Positions 8,624-19,396 of a stretch of 22,928 bases of DNA are shown one piece after another. This DNA comes from Paraspadella gotoi. Taxonomy: Eukaryota > Animalia > Chaetognatha. The position numbers and the translations under genes were made by a program. The notes below the pieces were generated by a model. That model did no database searches. It saw only the letters and a list, made by a program, of their open reading frames with translations, and was not told where the DNA came from. The number at the start of each line of letters is the position of its first letter. Position 1 is the stretch's first letter. The stretch covers positions 1-22,928 of the forward strand of contig JBJCIZ010000121.1 of the NCBI GenBank assembly GCA_051294375.1, written 5' to 3'.

Positions 8624-11600
8624 CTCCTCGACTCAGGAGCAACTCGCTCCGCGGTCGCAACTTCTATCGTCAACAAATTAAATTTAAACCCTTATACATT
8701 GTTCACTAACCTTACTACTTATGATGCAACTTCACAAATTTGGCGAGACTTCGTAGATTTTGAAATAAGAAATATGGACAATACTTATTCAGTAGAGATT
8801 AAAAAGGCGATTGTCGGCAAAATCCTAACATGTGAAAGCGATAAACCCGTAAAGAATAAAGATATAAGCGAGTATGACTATATGAGAGATGTTGAATTCG
8901 TTGAATTGAAACATAACAATGTCGATTTGATCTTAGATGCAAGCCTCGCCTCGGAATGGATCGGAGGACCTACACGAATCGGACCGCCGGGTTTGCCCTC
9001 TGCCCTACATACCACGTTCGGTTGGACCCTAATTGGACCAAGCGAAAACAGACGCCAAGGAGAGCATATTATTAGTTGCCTTGACGCCAACCCTTCAAGT
9101 TTGGAAGAACTTGAATTCCAAATCTCAAAATTGGAAAAAATGGATTTTTTAATGAAAGAATCCGAACATTATTCGTCCGAGGTTAGTCATCCATCCGTTT
9201 TAGATCAATACGCGATAGAGCAACTGGAAGCTGGAATCTTTTTTAATATCTCTACAGGTCATTACAGCGCCCCCACACCATGGAAAAGAGGGCGAGAGGC
9301 AACCGCGAAAGAGTTCAAGAAAATTAGGGAGGCCACAATCGCAAACGCAAAAAAGAGAGCCATCAAAACAGCAGAAAAATTGGCAAAGGATCCAATTTTG
9401 AGGAAAGGAGTCTTCGAGACGATGCGCGAAAGCATGGAGGTTGGTTTTTCGAGTAAAGTAAAAATAGAAAATTTGAACGGCGAATTGCCAGAATATTACA
9501 CCCCATTGCATATAGTTACGCGTCCTGACAAGCCTGGCAAATTTCGGATTTGTCAGGACGCGGCCTCAAAAACTCGAGGTACATTTTTAAACGAACATTT
9601 AATAGCAGGCCCCGATAACCTAACTCCTTTGTTGGGCGTTTTAATGAGATTCCGGAGAAGGAAAGTAACTTTGTCAGCTGACATAAAAGGGTTCTTCCAT
9701 CAAATCGAAATCGATCCTGCTGATCGAGGGGCTTTTAGATTTTTCTGGTATAGCGACGAAAATATGACAAAACTCGAAACCCATCAAGCTAATGTCCACA
9801 TTTTTGGCGGCTCAGGCAGCCCAGGAGTAGCCAATTGGGTGATAAAGTATCACATGAAAAAAATCAAAGACGAAGTATCTCTCGAAGCCTTTCTTTCCGT
9901 TTTTCTCCAGCTTTACATGGATGATCTTCTGGACTCCTTTAATACGCCACAAGAAGCTCAACAATTAAGAATAGAACTTACTGACGCACTCAAACGCGGA
10001 GGATTCGAGCTTTGCAAATTTAAAAGCTCGGATCCACGGGTGCTCAAGGATGATCCCATTTCAACTGAAGCTCCTCCAATCGCTCTCCAAGAGGCAGATG
10101 AACTCACGGATGATCTCGAGAGGATAGCGGAAAACGCCGCGCCAGAAAGCCCAATGGTTGAAGATCACACAAGTAAGATTTTAGGAGTCGGGTTTAACGC
10201 TGAAAAGGATATATTTTTTATCCGTATTACGGAAAAGGCTAAAAATGAGGCTGTCTCTCGACGAGATTTCTTGAAATTGGTTGCAAGCGTCTATGACCCA
10301 CTTGGGTTTGTCGCACCATACATCCTTAAAGGAAGGTCTTATTTTCAAAAGGCGACAAATGACCAACTCACCTGGGATGAAAAGGTCCCAGAAGATCTTT
10401 TTAAAAAATTTGATAAGTGGAGAAAGGAAATGGAGAGTTTAAAAAGATTTACCTTTCCCCGATGGACATCTATATTAGGCTTAAATGTCGCAAAAACGCA
10501 ATTAATAGTTTTCGCCGATGCATCATCGACCGGATATGGGGTTGTTGCATACTTAAAAAAGATGAACCAGGAGGAAGACAAATGTCACGTCTCCTTATTT
10601 TACGCGAAATCACACGTTGTCCCATTGCAGATGCAAAGGACATTAGTTCCAGGTCAAGAAGACCACCTCGAGAGTATGCCTCGTTTAGAACTAAACGCGG
10701 CAAGGCTTGCAGCACAATCTAGAGACACCATAGTTAGAGAGTCGGGAGAAGAATTTTTCAGTATTGTAATGCTAACAGATTCAATTACGGTATTAAACTG
10801 GATCAATGACTACACCAAAAGATTCAAAACCTTCGAACATTTCAGGCTTAAAACGATACGAAATTTATCTCCTATTCAGGAATGGCGTCACGTCGAAGGA
10901 AAGGAGAATCCCGCCGACTTCACATCCAGAGGCCTGGACGCGAACGACAAAAAGTGGTCCATTTACCACCAAGGTCCAGCTTGGCTCCATCGACCAGAGA
11001 ATGAATGGCCAACGTCGAAATATCCAACCAAATCATCGGCGAAAAAAGAAACACCCAAAAGCAAAGAGAATGTCTGCGAAGAAGTTAATATGGCCGCGAT
11101 TCACGACGACTGCACATATTCCCCAATAGAACTGGTCGTCGTTAATGCCACTCGTGCTTACCCGATCCTTCTGCCTTCGGACTCCAAAGATTGGGCGTTG
11201 AAGATCACGGATAAAGTTCCGGAATGGCGACAAAAGGTGAGAAGAGTCGCTTACTTTACGAAAGCTGTACCGAAATTTTTAGAGTTTTTAAAAGGCAAAA
11301 AAGAAGGAAAGAGAATTAAAATTGAAAACATTTCACTTACCGCTGATGATTTTAAGAATGCAAGGACGAAACTATATCGAGCTATACAGCGAACCCATTT
11401 TGAAAAGGAATTCTACGAATTATTTAAAATGGGTATATTATCTCCTGATGCAAAAAGGGAACTAAGAGCTAAAAGCTCAAGAATGATCTCGTTAAGCCCG
11501 TTCATTGATTCGGAAAACTGCATCAGAGCGGGCGGCAGACTTGGCAACGCCAAAGATATGAAATTTGAAACAAAACACCCTCTAGTACTGCCGAAAAACG

Positions 11601-12727
11601 ATGAAAGCGTGAACTCTATAATTAGGCACCACCATGAGCAATTAAAACATGCTGGAGGCTCCGCGACCTTTCACTCATTAAATCAAAAATTCGCTTTATT
11701 AGGAGGACGAGCAAATGTGGATGCCATCATCCGAAAGTGTCTACGGTGTCAAAAGGCTCACAAAAGCCCAACGCCGCAACAAATGGGACCCCTTCCGGGA
11801 TTTCGAGTGGAAGCAGCCATTCCCTTCAAAACCACGGGCGTCGATGTTTTCGGGCCTTATAAGGTAAAAAACGCCGGCAGAGGTTATAACAATAAACACG
11901 TCCTCCTTCTCACGTGCATGACCACGAGGGCAGTAGTATTTGAAGTACTGAAAGACATGTCAAGCATGTCAGTCATATCAGCCTTAATAAGATTCCGTTC
12001 ACATTTCCCAGGCTTGGAACGACTCGTCTCAGACAACGGAACAAATTTTAGAGGGATCGACAATGAACTCAAAAGGCAATTGAGAACGATTCGCCAAGAC
12101 GAGAAGTTTACAGAATTCATCGCCTCAAACGATATCAGGTGGGACTTTGGCCCTCCACACACCCCCCATTGGGGAGGAGTGTGGGAACGCCTTGTAAAAA
12201 GCACTAAAAAACATATTACAACCTCCTTACCCCAAGAACCCGATCTCGATACCTTTGTTACAATTTTATGCGAAATCTCCGCCATATTAAACAGGAGACC
12301 AATCACCCAGGCTCCAGCAAATCCCAATGAGATTATCGCGTTAAGTCCTGAAAATTTTTTATACCCGTACTTACACGCTTCAACGGCTTTAACGCTTCTC
12401 CCTTATGCTCCTACAGTTGGTGACACATTGCGAGCGTCCTGGAAGACCGTGCGTGACACAGCGGACAGATTCTGGATTCGATGGAAGCAGGAATATCTCA
12501 CGACCCTACGGAATAGGAGCAAGTGGACGACCTCGTCGGACAGCCTCAAAATCGGAGACATTGTCCTAATCGAAGAGGAGAACACACCTCGCGACATCTG
12601 GAGAGTTGGACGAATTCAGAAACTCGTAGGAGAAGATATCCACAAACGAGAAGCGATGGTGAAAACTTCAAACAAGAAGGAGATCCGTCGCCATGTGAAA
12701 ACTTTGATTAAACTCGAAGTCGATTAA
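8534..12727 (+). CDS. pol: Pol polyprotein: aspartic protease, reverse transcriptase, RNase H, integrase
   Basis: RPIVPV...TYALLDSGATRS (PR); LSADIKGFFHQI and LYMDDLL (RT); FADAS, PRLEL, TDS, NPADFTSRG (Pao-type RH); H..H...CLRC zinc finger, GVDVFGP, SDNGTNF, GGVWERLV (DDE IN); FWIRWKQEYL C-terminal motif. Uninterrupted and in frame with gag. Confidence 0.97.
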   Translation, partial: LAAAYAVTGTFRPIVPVIIANGNKTVTTYALLDSGATRSAVATSIVNKLNLNPYTLFTNLTTYDATSQIWRDFVDFEIRNMDNTYSVEIKKAIVGKILTCESDKPVKNKDISEYDYMRDVEFVELKHNNVDLILDASLASEWIGGPTRIGPPGLPSALHTTFGWTLIGPSENRRQGEHIISCLDANPSSLEELEFQISKLEKMDFLMKESEHYSSEVSHPSVLDQYAIEQLEAGIFFNISTGHYSAPTPWKRGREATAKEFKKIREATIANAKKRAIKTAEKLAKDPILRKGVFETMRESMEVGFSSKVKIENLNGELPEYYTPLHIVTRPDKPGKFRICQDAASKTRGTFLNEHLIAGPDNLTPLLGVLMRFRRRKVTLSADIKGFFHQIEIDPADRGAFRFFWYSDENMTKLETHQANVHIFGGSGSPGVANWVIKYHMKKIKDEVSLEAFLSVFLQLYMDDLLDSFNTPQEAQQLRIELTDALKRGGFELCKFKSSDPRVLKDDPISTEAPPIALQEADELTDDLERIAENAAPESPMVEDHTSKILGVGFNAEKDIFFIRITEKAKNEAVSRRDFLKLVASVYDPLGFVAPYILKGRSYFQKATNDQLTWDEKVPEDLFKKFDKWRKEMESLKRFTFPRWTSILGLNVAKTQLIVFADASSTGYGVVAYLKKMNQEEDKCHVSLFYAKSHVVPLQMQRTLVPGQEDHLESMPRLELNAARLAAQSRDTIVRESGEEFFSIVMLTDSITVLNWINDYTKRFKTFEHFRLKTIRNLSPIQEWRHVEGKENPADFTSRGLDANDKKWSIYHQGPAWLHRPENEWPTSKYPTKSSAKKETPKSKENVCEEVNMAAIHDDCTYSPIELVVVNATRAYPILLPSDSKDWALKITDKVPEWRQKVRRVAYFTKAVPKFLEFLKGKKEGKRIKIENISLTADDFKNARTKLYRAIQRTHFEKEFYELFKMGILSPDAKRELRAKSSRMISLSPFIDSENCIRAGGRLGNAKDMKFETKHPLVLPKNDESVNSIIRHHHEQLKHAGGSATFHSLNQKFALLGGRANVDAIIRKCLRCQKAHKSPTPQQMGPLPGFRVEAAIPFKTTGVDVFGPYKVKNAGRGYNNKHVLLLTCMTTRAVVFEVLKDMSSMSVISALIRFRSHFPGLERLVSDNGTNFRGIDNELKRQLRTIRQDEKFTEFIASNDIRWDFGPPHTPHWGGVWERLVKSTKKHITTSLPQEPDLDTFVTILCEISAILNRRPITQAPANPNEIIALSPENFLYPYLHASTALTLLPYAPTVGDTLRASWKTVRDTADRFWIRWKQEYLTTLRNRSKWTTSSDSLKIGDIVLIEEENTPRDIWRVGRIQKLVGEDIHKREAMVKTSNKKEIRRHVKTLIKLEVD

Positions 12728-13258
12728 AAAACATTGAATTTATAAGAATTTGAAGTAAATTTTTTCTTGCTTCAACTACTTATCGTGCAAAAAATTTAAA
12801 AAATTGTACCTGGTTTATTATTGATCGTCAACTACTATGTTTCTAACCGAACGAGTACGTAATCATTTATTAGATAACTTGCCCGTTGTTTGGGAAATAC
12901 TTACCTTTGAAATTCAAAACCGCTGGCTGAAACAAATAATTAGTTAATCCTTGAATTAATGATGAGTACACATATTTAGTTCGAATGGCCAATTTATTTA
13001 CTTGGACGCCGCGTTTAAAATTTGTCTCGCAATCAAGTACAAGAGCATTTGTTGTCCAACAAATCCTATGAGCAACAGACGAACACAAAGCCGATTAGTT
13101 GATTAAGTAATTAGTTATTGCTGAGCTAGATTCGCAGATTAGCAAAAAACAAAGATTAGTAAGAATCTGATACTTATCTGTTTACTTACCTGAAACCGAA
13201 TTATTCAATAACACTTATTTTTCTTACCCAGTATTACCTGTTTGAAGCACATTTCAAA

Positions 13259-13798
13259 ATGGAACCGGCGAACACGATCACAATTGAAGATGAAACTCTG
13301 AGTCAGAATGAGTCATTACCTGCTTCCTTGGGGACAAAGTCGACGCCGCCAGCCTCTCCAGTATTTTCATCGCAGCCAGAATCCGAGGCCGCACCGCCAT
13401 CAAGCTCCGCGTCAATGTCAGAGTTCAAAGACGAGGACATCATCGAAGTCTTGGAAATCTCGAAATGGGCTCCACCATCATCCCCGTCTTCATCCGAGGA
13501 CGAAAAGATCGTTCTAACGAAATCAACGAGTTCGGAATGCCTCGTCGAACTGCGAGAAAAGTGGGAAAAAGAAAGAAAGCACGAATTCCTCCGTCAGCAA
13601 CGAAAAAGGAAAGAAGCGAGGGAGCGCGTACGAATTTGGGAGAAAGAAGTAAAGCGCCTACGAGAAGACCTACAATGCGAAAGAGAGCGAAAAGTGAAGG
13701 AAAAACTGCGTGAGGAAATACGAGGAATCAAAAAGGAAAAGAGGAATCGTGCTCTCCTCGCTAAGATCTATGAAATGGAGAACTCGGAAGAGATTTGA
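13259..13798 (+). CDS. Accessory protein (179 aa): Ser/Pro/acidic N-half, K/R/E coiled-coil C-half
   Basis: ATG ORF after an AT-rich spacer with ACTTACCTG (13184) and an AG acceptor; biased but protein-like composition. Confidence 0.7.
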   Translation: MEPANTITIEDETLSQNESLPASLGTKSTPPASPVFSSQPESEAAPPSSSASMSEFKDEDIIEVLEISKWAPPSSPSSSEDEKIVLTKSTSSECLVELREKWEKERKHEFLRQQRKRKEARERVRIWEKEVKRLREDLQCERERKVKEKLREEIRGIKKEKRNRALLAKIYEMENSEEI

Positions 13799-13941
13799 AT
13801 TTGAATTCTGAATCATTTAACTACCTGTTCGGTTTTTGTTCAATCTTTCTTTTTCTTTTCAAGCAGTAAAATTTAGTCAAGCCATTCAGAGTCGCTTCCA
13901 AACTCGAGGCCGCCCGCTGGGTTTTCTCTGCTCAAGTCGGC

Positions 13942-14043
13942 AACGTCCATCTCGGCGACGGAATTTCTTTCGGCGCTTCCATTTCAGCCCGAAGCCGCGA
14001 ACGTCCATTCGGCGACGGAATTTCTTTCGGCACTTCCATTTCA
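13942..14043 (+). repeat. Direct repeat, 2 x 44-45 bp
   Basis: AACGTCCAT(C)TCGGCGACGGAATTTCTTTCGGCRCTTCCATTTCA at 13942-13986 and 14000-14043. Confidence 0.9.
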
Positions 14044-14179
14044 ATTGTCGCGATGTCGTCGGTAAGGAAATACAGAACAATCCATAAATCGATTCATTTG
14101 ATTAAACATCAGTATTTAAACTTAGGATGCAGCAGCCGAGCGCGCAAGGACGCTAGCAGCAGCGACCTGCAGAAGACCA

Positions 14180-14744
14180 ATGGCATGGGTTAGGCCATTC
14201 CATCCGGATGAGCCAAACCCTCCGGGGGTGGACGATCCGCCACTCAGGGCCAGGATTGAATCTCCAATTGCAGCGCCACTCAGGGCCAGATCTTCGGCTG
14301 CAGCGCCACTCAGGGCCAGGATTGAATCTCCAATTGCAGCGCCACCAGGGTCAGGATTCGATAGCCTGCAGCGCCACCCAGGGTCAGGATCGAACCTGCA
14401 GCGCCACTCGGCAGGACTCGAACCTCCAGCTGCAGCGCCATCAGGTCAGGATCGAACCTCCAGCTGCAGCGCCATCCAGGGTCAGGACGAACCTCCAGCT
14501 GCAGCCCATCCAGTGGTCAGGATCGAACCTCCAGCTGCAGCGCCCGCCAGGTCAGGATCGAACCTCCAGCTGCAGCGCCATCCAGGGTCAGGATCGAACC
14601 TCAGCTGCAGCGCCACCACAAATCTGGACTTATCCGCCAACTCCTGAACCGCAGTACTACAGAGGCTCGCCCGAACGATTCGGGTACCCACCTCTCCTAG
14701 ACGAAGACTCGGACTCGGACATCGTAAGGAAATTTATTATATGA
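14180..14744 (+). CDS. Possible repeat-containing Pro/Ala-rich protein; frame unstable across the minisatellite
   Basis: Two overlapping open frames (14180-14647, 14208-14744), RIEPPAAAP repeats, AATAAA at 14781. Openness may simply reflect the GC-rich repeat. Confidence 0.35.
14237..14616 (+). repeat. GC-rich minisatellite, about 30-36 bp unit, about 11 copies
   Basis: Consensus GCAGCGCCATCCAGGGTCAGGATCGAACCTCCAGCT with small indels between units. Confidence 0.92.
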
Positions 14745-15062
14745 AAAATGCTAGTAAACATTTATTATCAAAAAGATGCTAATAAACAAATGTTCCCTAG
14801 GAGATTACCTACGTCTCAAACCCACGGGCGAGAATCATAAGGCGCGAGGCGGACCACGACTCCGAAATCGCTAGGAACGTAACTTCAACGATCCGTGACT
14901 TGCGCGTATCGCTGTCGCGCGGACGGTCACCAGCTCGGGAGCAGGACGCCAGACCGCGCATCCCGGTCAAAGAGAGATTAGGCTGGCGCGTCAATTAAAA
15001 ACAGGAAAACAGCAATTAAACTGAAAACGTGGATAAGAAACTAATGAGTTAAACGACCAGTC

Positions 15063-15168
15063 GTTGTGATAACCAAATTATTTTTCTATGTATACAATCC
15101 GCAAACATAGTTGTGATAACCAAATTATTTTTCTATGTATACAATCCGCAAACATAGTTGTGATAACC
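15063..15168 (+). repeat. Perfect 47-bp tandem duplication plus 12-bp partial third unit
   Basis: GTTGTGATAACCAAATTATTTTTCTATGTATACAATCCGCAAACATA at 15063 and 15110; GTTGTGATAACC at 15157. Confidence 0.95.
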
Positions 15169-15281
15169 TGATTATTTGTTCATGTCCTTCTTCACATATT
15201 TGTTAGTTTACAGACTCCGTTGCGACAGCATAACAACAAGATTTAACATTTTGACCATTCAAAACGTATTGAGTCCGAGAA

Positions 15282-15593
15282 ATGGAGAAGAAAACTGTAT
15301 CAAATGCACAATCGGCGCCATCGACGCCGCCAACGCCACACCGGCCGGAACCCACGATGAACTTTATCTTCGCGGAAATACCTCTGCCTCGACGCCGCTT
15401 AGCCACGCCACTTTCGGGAACGAAGATTGGGTTCATTATCCCGTCTCACGTCATGTCGACGGACACATATTGCAAAACTCCATGAACAGTATTTCGCGCA
15501 ATATTCTCACGTTCATTGTTAGCAGCGCCTCGTTATTCGGAGGAAGAGGAAAGGAAACAAGAGAGATGGCTTAATGATTCAGCGGCGAATTAA
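15282..15593 (+). pseudogene. Possible small accessory gene with internal TGA at 15483-15485
   Basis: GC-richer island between AT-rich spacers. The ATG frame continues past the TGA as TVFRAIFSRSLLAAPRYSEEEERKQERWLNDSAAN to TAA at 15591-15593. No homolog in the window. Confidence 0.3.
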
Positions 15594-15843
15594 CTGCATT
15601 CCCTTCCTTTATTTATTGAATTATTTTCAGTATATTACTAGAACTCACCTTTAAAGTTGGCGACGCCGGAGACTTGAAATCTGAAAACCTAACACGAGGA
15701 GAAATCTAATCCGAAAACGAAGACCCAGCGCGAACTTCGGTGACGAAATTATGAGATTAATGAACAAATATTTAATGCAAACTTACCCGATGATAACAAA
15801 ATAATAATAAAATTTATCTACTTATAGAAGCCCTCGGCGAATC

Positions 15844-16083
15844 ATGTCATCCCGACGAGTTCTGTTCAATAGGATCATCGACCTCATTCCGATGGAACAT
15901 TTGGCCGAATTCTACGATAGATATAACCATTGGTATGATAAGACGATGCTTCGGATGGATCAAATAGAAGCTCTAAGTTTATCGGAGATAAACAAAGAAC
16001 TCATACTTCAGTTCGTCATGAAGAGAAGACGAGAAATGCTTCAAAAAATCATCATGGAACTGCGAGACAGAGCTGAGAAATAA
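15844..16083 (+). CDS. Accessory protein family gamma (79 aa)
   Basis: RIIDLIPMEHLAEF...HWYDKT resembles the next ORF; TTATAG acceptor upstream. Confidence 0.75.
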   Translation: MSSRRVLFNRIIDLIPMEHLAEFYDRYNHWYDKTMLRMDQIEALSLSEINKELILQFVMKRRREMLQKIIMELRDRAEK

Positions 16084-16166
16084 TTATGGAATCGATTAAT
16101 CAAAAAACTTACCTATTTGTTCGTGAATTATCCGATTAACTTACCTTTAGTTTATTATCAGCGAAA

Positions 16167-16463
16167 ATGCAAAGGGAACGCATCGAGATAGTTGGAGAAC
16201 TTCATATGCGGATTTTACTCGAACTCATCCCAATACGGTACAAAGAAGAATTTGTCATCGAATTTGGACGTTGGAAAGAGCGAACGGAAAAGAAACTGAA
16301 TGACGCAGCAGACGAACTGATGATACAGTATGCCCCAAGCCGCGTTCCCACTGCATCATTGGAGATATTGGATCACATCGAACGAGATGCTCTTGAAGAC
16401 ATTCACGCTATTATTCGGGATTTTACTTATCGTGCTCGCACACAAGACGAAGAACAAAGATGA
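16167..16463 (+). CDS. Accessory protein family gamma (98 aa)
   Basis: RILLELIPIRYKEEF...RWKERT; ACTTACCT at 16139 and ATCAG acceptor just before the ATG. Confidence 0.78.
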   Translation: MQRERIEIVGELHMRILLELIPIRYKEEFVIEFGRWKERTEKKLNDAADELMIQYAPSRVPTASLEILDHIERDALEDIHAIIRDFTYRARTQDEEQR

Positions 16464-16551
16464 ATATGCTGTCTCAATTGGCAAAAATTGATAATATCGC
16501 TGACAATTTCGTAGTAATTGATTAAAATTATGGTGTTCGTTATTTAGGAGA

Positions 16552-16758
16552 ATGACCTCATTTAATGGTTATACGTACGGTAGATTTGGCATTTGCTATA
16601 ATGAAACTCATGGAGTCCCGTATTCTGATCCTGAGAGAGCAAGTGCAAAACGATCCCTGATTTTGCTGAAAAGCAAAAAGATGATTATTCCGGTGTCCAC
16701 TCCGAATCAAAAGATAACAAACTCAATGCAAAAAGTGGAAAAAACCCCGGATGGATAG
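16552..16758 (+). CDS. Possible small accessory ORF (68 aa)
   Basis: Fills a slot in the array, with TTTAG just upstream of the ATG; no paralog seen. Confidence 0.4.
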   Translation: MTSFNGYTYGRFGICYNETHGVPYSDPERASAKRSLILLKSKKMIIPVSTPNQKITNSMQKVEKTPDG

Positions 16759-16840
16759 TTATTCATTATTGCAATTTATTACCTGTTCAAGTTATTATTT
16801 CGAGTATGTTTTTTTTTAAAAAAAAGATTCAGCCCACAGG

Positions 16841-17179
16841 ATGTCTGACAAAGTCGTTTGGCTATGGGACGAATGGAGAAGTCTGAAGCTTCAGAAAGAA
16901 AGTGAGAACAGAAACAGAAAGATTCTGGACGTAATCCTCCGAGAAGCCGAAGCGAATTTATCCTACAAACCTGACTGGGTAAAAGAGATCCTCCTCGGTG
17001 AGAACAAAGGTCCGAAAGACGAAGCCCAAAAGGCAATTCGTCTTGCAAAAGACTGGATAAAGACGGCGGAAATCCTGAAAAAAGAAAAACCCGGAAGAGA
17101 AAAAACTTTCGAAGCCATCATAAAGATGATGCAGGAGCAGATCGGGAAGCAGGAAGTCATTCTAAAAAACATTTCATGA
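16841..17179 (+). CDS. Accessory protein family alpha (112 aa)
   Basis: Shares EW..L, P[DE]W and K.EA...[IV]R.AK.W.KTA..L with 17768-18112. Confidence 0.82.
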   Translation: MSDKVVWLWDEWRSLKLQKESENRNRKILDVILREAEANLSYKPDWVKEILLGENKGPKDEAQKAIRLAKDWIKTAEILKKEKPGREKTFEAIIKMMQEQIGKQEVILKNIS

Positions 17180-17277
17180 ATAAATAAATCTATATGAACT
17201 AATGCAAGAGAATACTGAAAGTGCAGATTGAGTTGTTTTAATTTTGTCGTTATGTACTCGCAGCGTTAACAGATACG

Positions 17278-17661
17278 ATGCAAAGCGGATCTTCACCGAT
17301 TTCAATCTACTCCAGAGAACATCTTGAGCTCTGCGTTTTTAAGCGAAGCAAGACGGACGAACTGGAAGAACGTTTACCAGGCTGCGTCGAAAAGTGCATT
17401 GAGTTAGCGCAAAGTTATTCCACAAAAATCGAAAAGTTGCGCAAGATCATCGCCAAGAAAAAGGCAAAAAACCCGGCAACAAATGTGAAAGAATTCACCG
17501 AAAAAATCAAAAAGATGGAAGAAGAGTTCCCGACCATAGAACGATGGAAGGAAATATACCTGAGCAGAGGCTGCATTTTTAGTCGTGAGAGTCTGGAATC
17601 GGTCAAGGATAAACTTTCCCCGAGAGAAACGGTCGAGGTCGTGGGATTTTCAGTGATGTGA
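17278..17661 (+). CDS. Accessory protein family beta (127 aa)
   Basis: LPGCVEKCIEL ... IERWKEIYLSRGCIFSRESL, clearly similar to 18184-18504. Confidence 0.82.
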   Translation: MQSGSSPISIYSREHLELCVFKRSKTDELEERLPGCVEKCIELAQSYSTKIEKLRKIIAKKKAKNPATNVKEFTEKIKKMEEEFPTIERWKEIYLSRGCIFSRESLESVKDKLSPRETVEVVGFSVM

Positions 17662-17767
17662 AATCAGAAAAGATTTAAATGAACTTATGAATTATTAATT
17701 CATTGTCACGAAATATATTCATTTAATAGGATATTCATATTTACAGCTAATACTTACCCGCTTCAAA

Positions 17768-18112
17768 ATGTCCGATCCAGTAGGCGGTGCTCAATACTTA
17801 CAGGAATGGAAGTATCTTTACGACAACGAAGGGAAAATGAAGGACAAATATTTCGGAAGGAATTTGAACGTAAAGGAGCAAGAGGCGAGGATCAAGCGGC
17901 ATCCGGAATGGTTCAGGAATGGACCTGAAGACTACAAGATAAAGCTAAAAGGAGAAGCGGAGGAAAGTGTCCGCAGCGCGAAAAGCTGGAGAAAAACCGC
18001 TGTGATGCTCAGGTTTCATCAGAAGGAAAAGACCGAAATTTATGATGAAATCTATAAACTGATCAATGACTACATTGAAGAGAAAGAAAGGGAAATTCGA
18101 ATCTTATCGTGA
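17768..18112 (+). CDS. Accessory protein family alpha (114 aa)
   Basis: Paralog of 16841-17179; EIYDEI is also shared with 18612-18965. Confidence 0.82.
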   Translation: MSDPVGGAQYLQEWKYLYDNEGKMKDKYFGRNLNVKEQEARIKRHPEWFRNGPEDYKIKLKGEAEESVRSAKSWRKTAVMLRFHQKEKTEIYDEIYKLINDYIEEKEREIRILS

Positions 18113-18183
18113 AAATTGGTTCAATTTCCAAATTGAGAAATAGTTGTTTATCGTGTTTTTTTTTTAGTTACACCCAGAGCAAA

Positions 18184-18504
18184 ATGCAAGGTTATTGCGG
18201 ATACTCGGCTCATTGCTACAAGGATTTTCGAGAATTCGTTGTGAAACGAACCGAGGAATTCAATAATGAAGCTCCCGATTGCGTCGAAAGGTGCCTTGAT
18301 CTTATCAAAAGGTATTCAGGGGAACTGAACCAACTGCAAGAGGCCGTCAAGACATCAGGAGATGAAGCGAAAACCCATCATGAGCGAATCGAAACTCTAA
18401 AAGAAGAAATATCCTTCGTTGAGAAGTGGAAAAGAATCCGGCTCGCTCAAGGTCACATCTTCACGTATGAGAGTCTTGGAACATTAACCGAGGAACTGCC
18501 GTAA
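18184..18504 (+). CDS. Accessory protein family beta (106 aa)
   Basis: ATG at 18184 after a T-run/TAG acceptor; APDCVERCLDL ... VEKWKRIRLAQGHIFTYESL. Confidence 0.82.
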   Translation: MQGYCGYSAHCYKDFREFVVKRTEEFNNEAPDCVERCLDLIKRYSGELNQLQEAVKTSGDEAKTHHERIETLKEEISFVEKWKRIRLAQGHIFTYESLGTLTEELP

Positions 18505-18611
18505 AAAGGACAATTCAACTTACCTTCGAGTTTGATAAGATTATCTCCATGTTTAAATCCACTCTTATTCAAAGTTTAAACTGATTCATTTAGTCTAGCC
18601 ATTACCATACG

Positions 18612-18965
18612 ATGTCCCGAGTAAAGTCTATCGCCGAAATTCAAGAGGAAATCGCCCGCGATTGGGAAAAGGCGAGAAACATGGACGATTACTATCAAAG
18701 GAACTCTATTGTGGAAAGCATAGTATTTCGGGAACACGAAGTACGAATCCGAAAGAAAAAGGAGGAAAGAGAAGAAAGGATGAAAGGTAGCAAAGCCATC
18801 GAAGCATCCGAAATCTACAAGGATATCCAAGAGTTCGAAAGCCGCCGAAAACTAGCGATGGATGCAAAACGCAAAAGGCCAAATCTCGGAGAGATCTACG
18901 ACGAAATCGGAGATAGAGCAAAGAAACTACAAGCGGAGGCGAAAGAACGTTTAATGAAAATTTAA
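18612..18965 (+). CDS. Accessory protein, tentatively family alpha (117 aa), copy B
   Basis: Counterpart of 8-361. Confidence 0.87.
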   Translation: MSRVKSIAEIQEEIARDWEKARNMDDYYQRNSIVESIVFREHEVRIRKKKEEREERMKGSKAIEASEIYKDIQEFESRRKLAMDAKRKRPNLGEIYDEIGDRAKKLQAEAKERLMKI

Positions 18966-19040
18966 AAAAAAAAAAAAAACTTTTCTTTGATCGGCTCATT
19001 AAACCCCGGTGTCAATTTACTTACCTTATTCAGTTACGAA

Positions 19041-19343
19041 ATGTCGTTAAATTCCGAGTTCCGCATTCGAGAAATGCGACTCTACGCTGGTTATCTGATT
19101 CCAAAGTCGTTGGAGGAAGCTTTACAAAAATTAAGAGGTTACGAAAAAGAACTTATTCGAGAAGAGCAAGAGATCGAAAAAGGAAAGAAAGGAGAAAAGA
19201 CAAAACGAAGTCTCGAATGCCACGAAGGCAGGGCAAAGTACCTACAAGATCATATTGAGATGCTTAGGAAATGGCCGGATATTCTGGAGCAAGAGGGAAA
19301 GATATTCATGTCCAGAACCTATGAAATTCCTGAGTATTGTTAA
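19041..19343 (+). CDS. Accessory protein family beta (100 aa), copy B
   Basis: ATG at 19041 gives the same length as 431-733; ACTTACCT at 19019. Confidence 0.87.
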   Translation: MSLNSEFRIREMRLYAGYLIPKSLEEALQKLRGYEKELIREEQEIEKGKKGEKTKRSLECHEGRAKYLQDHIEMLRKWPDILEQEGKIFMSRTYEIPEYC

Positions 19344-19396
19344 ACATTTATATTACTTACCTTTAAAAAAATTTAGTTTTGTAATAGTACTACGAA

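Noticed and set aside
14237-14616. CRISPR-like repeat array
   Set aside because: Units are contiguous with no unique spacers, there are no cas genes, and the context is a eukaryotic retroelement; it is a minisatellite.
18964-18979. A16 run as a retroposed poly(A) tail
   Set aside because: Copy A has TAAATAAAC at the same place and the array continues colinearly; simple homopolymer expansion is sufficient.
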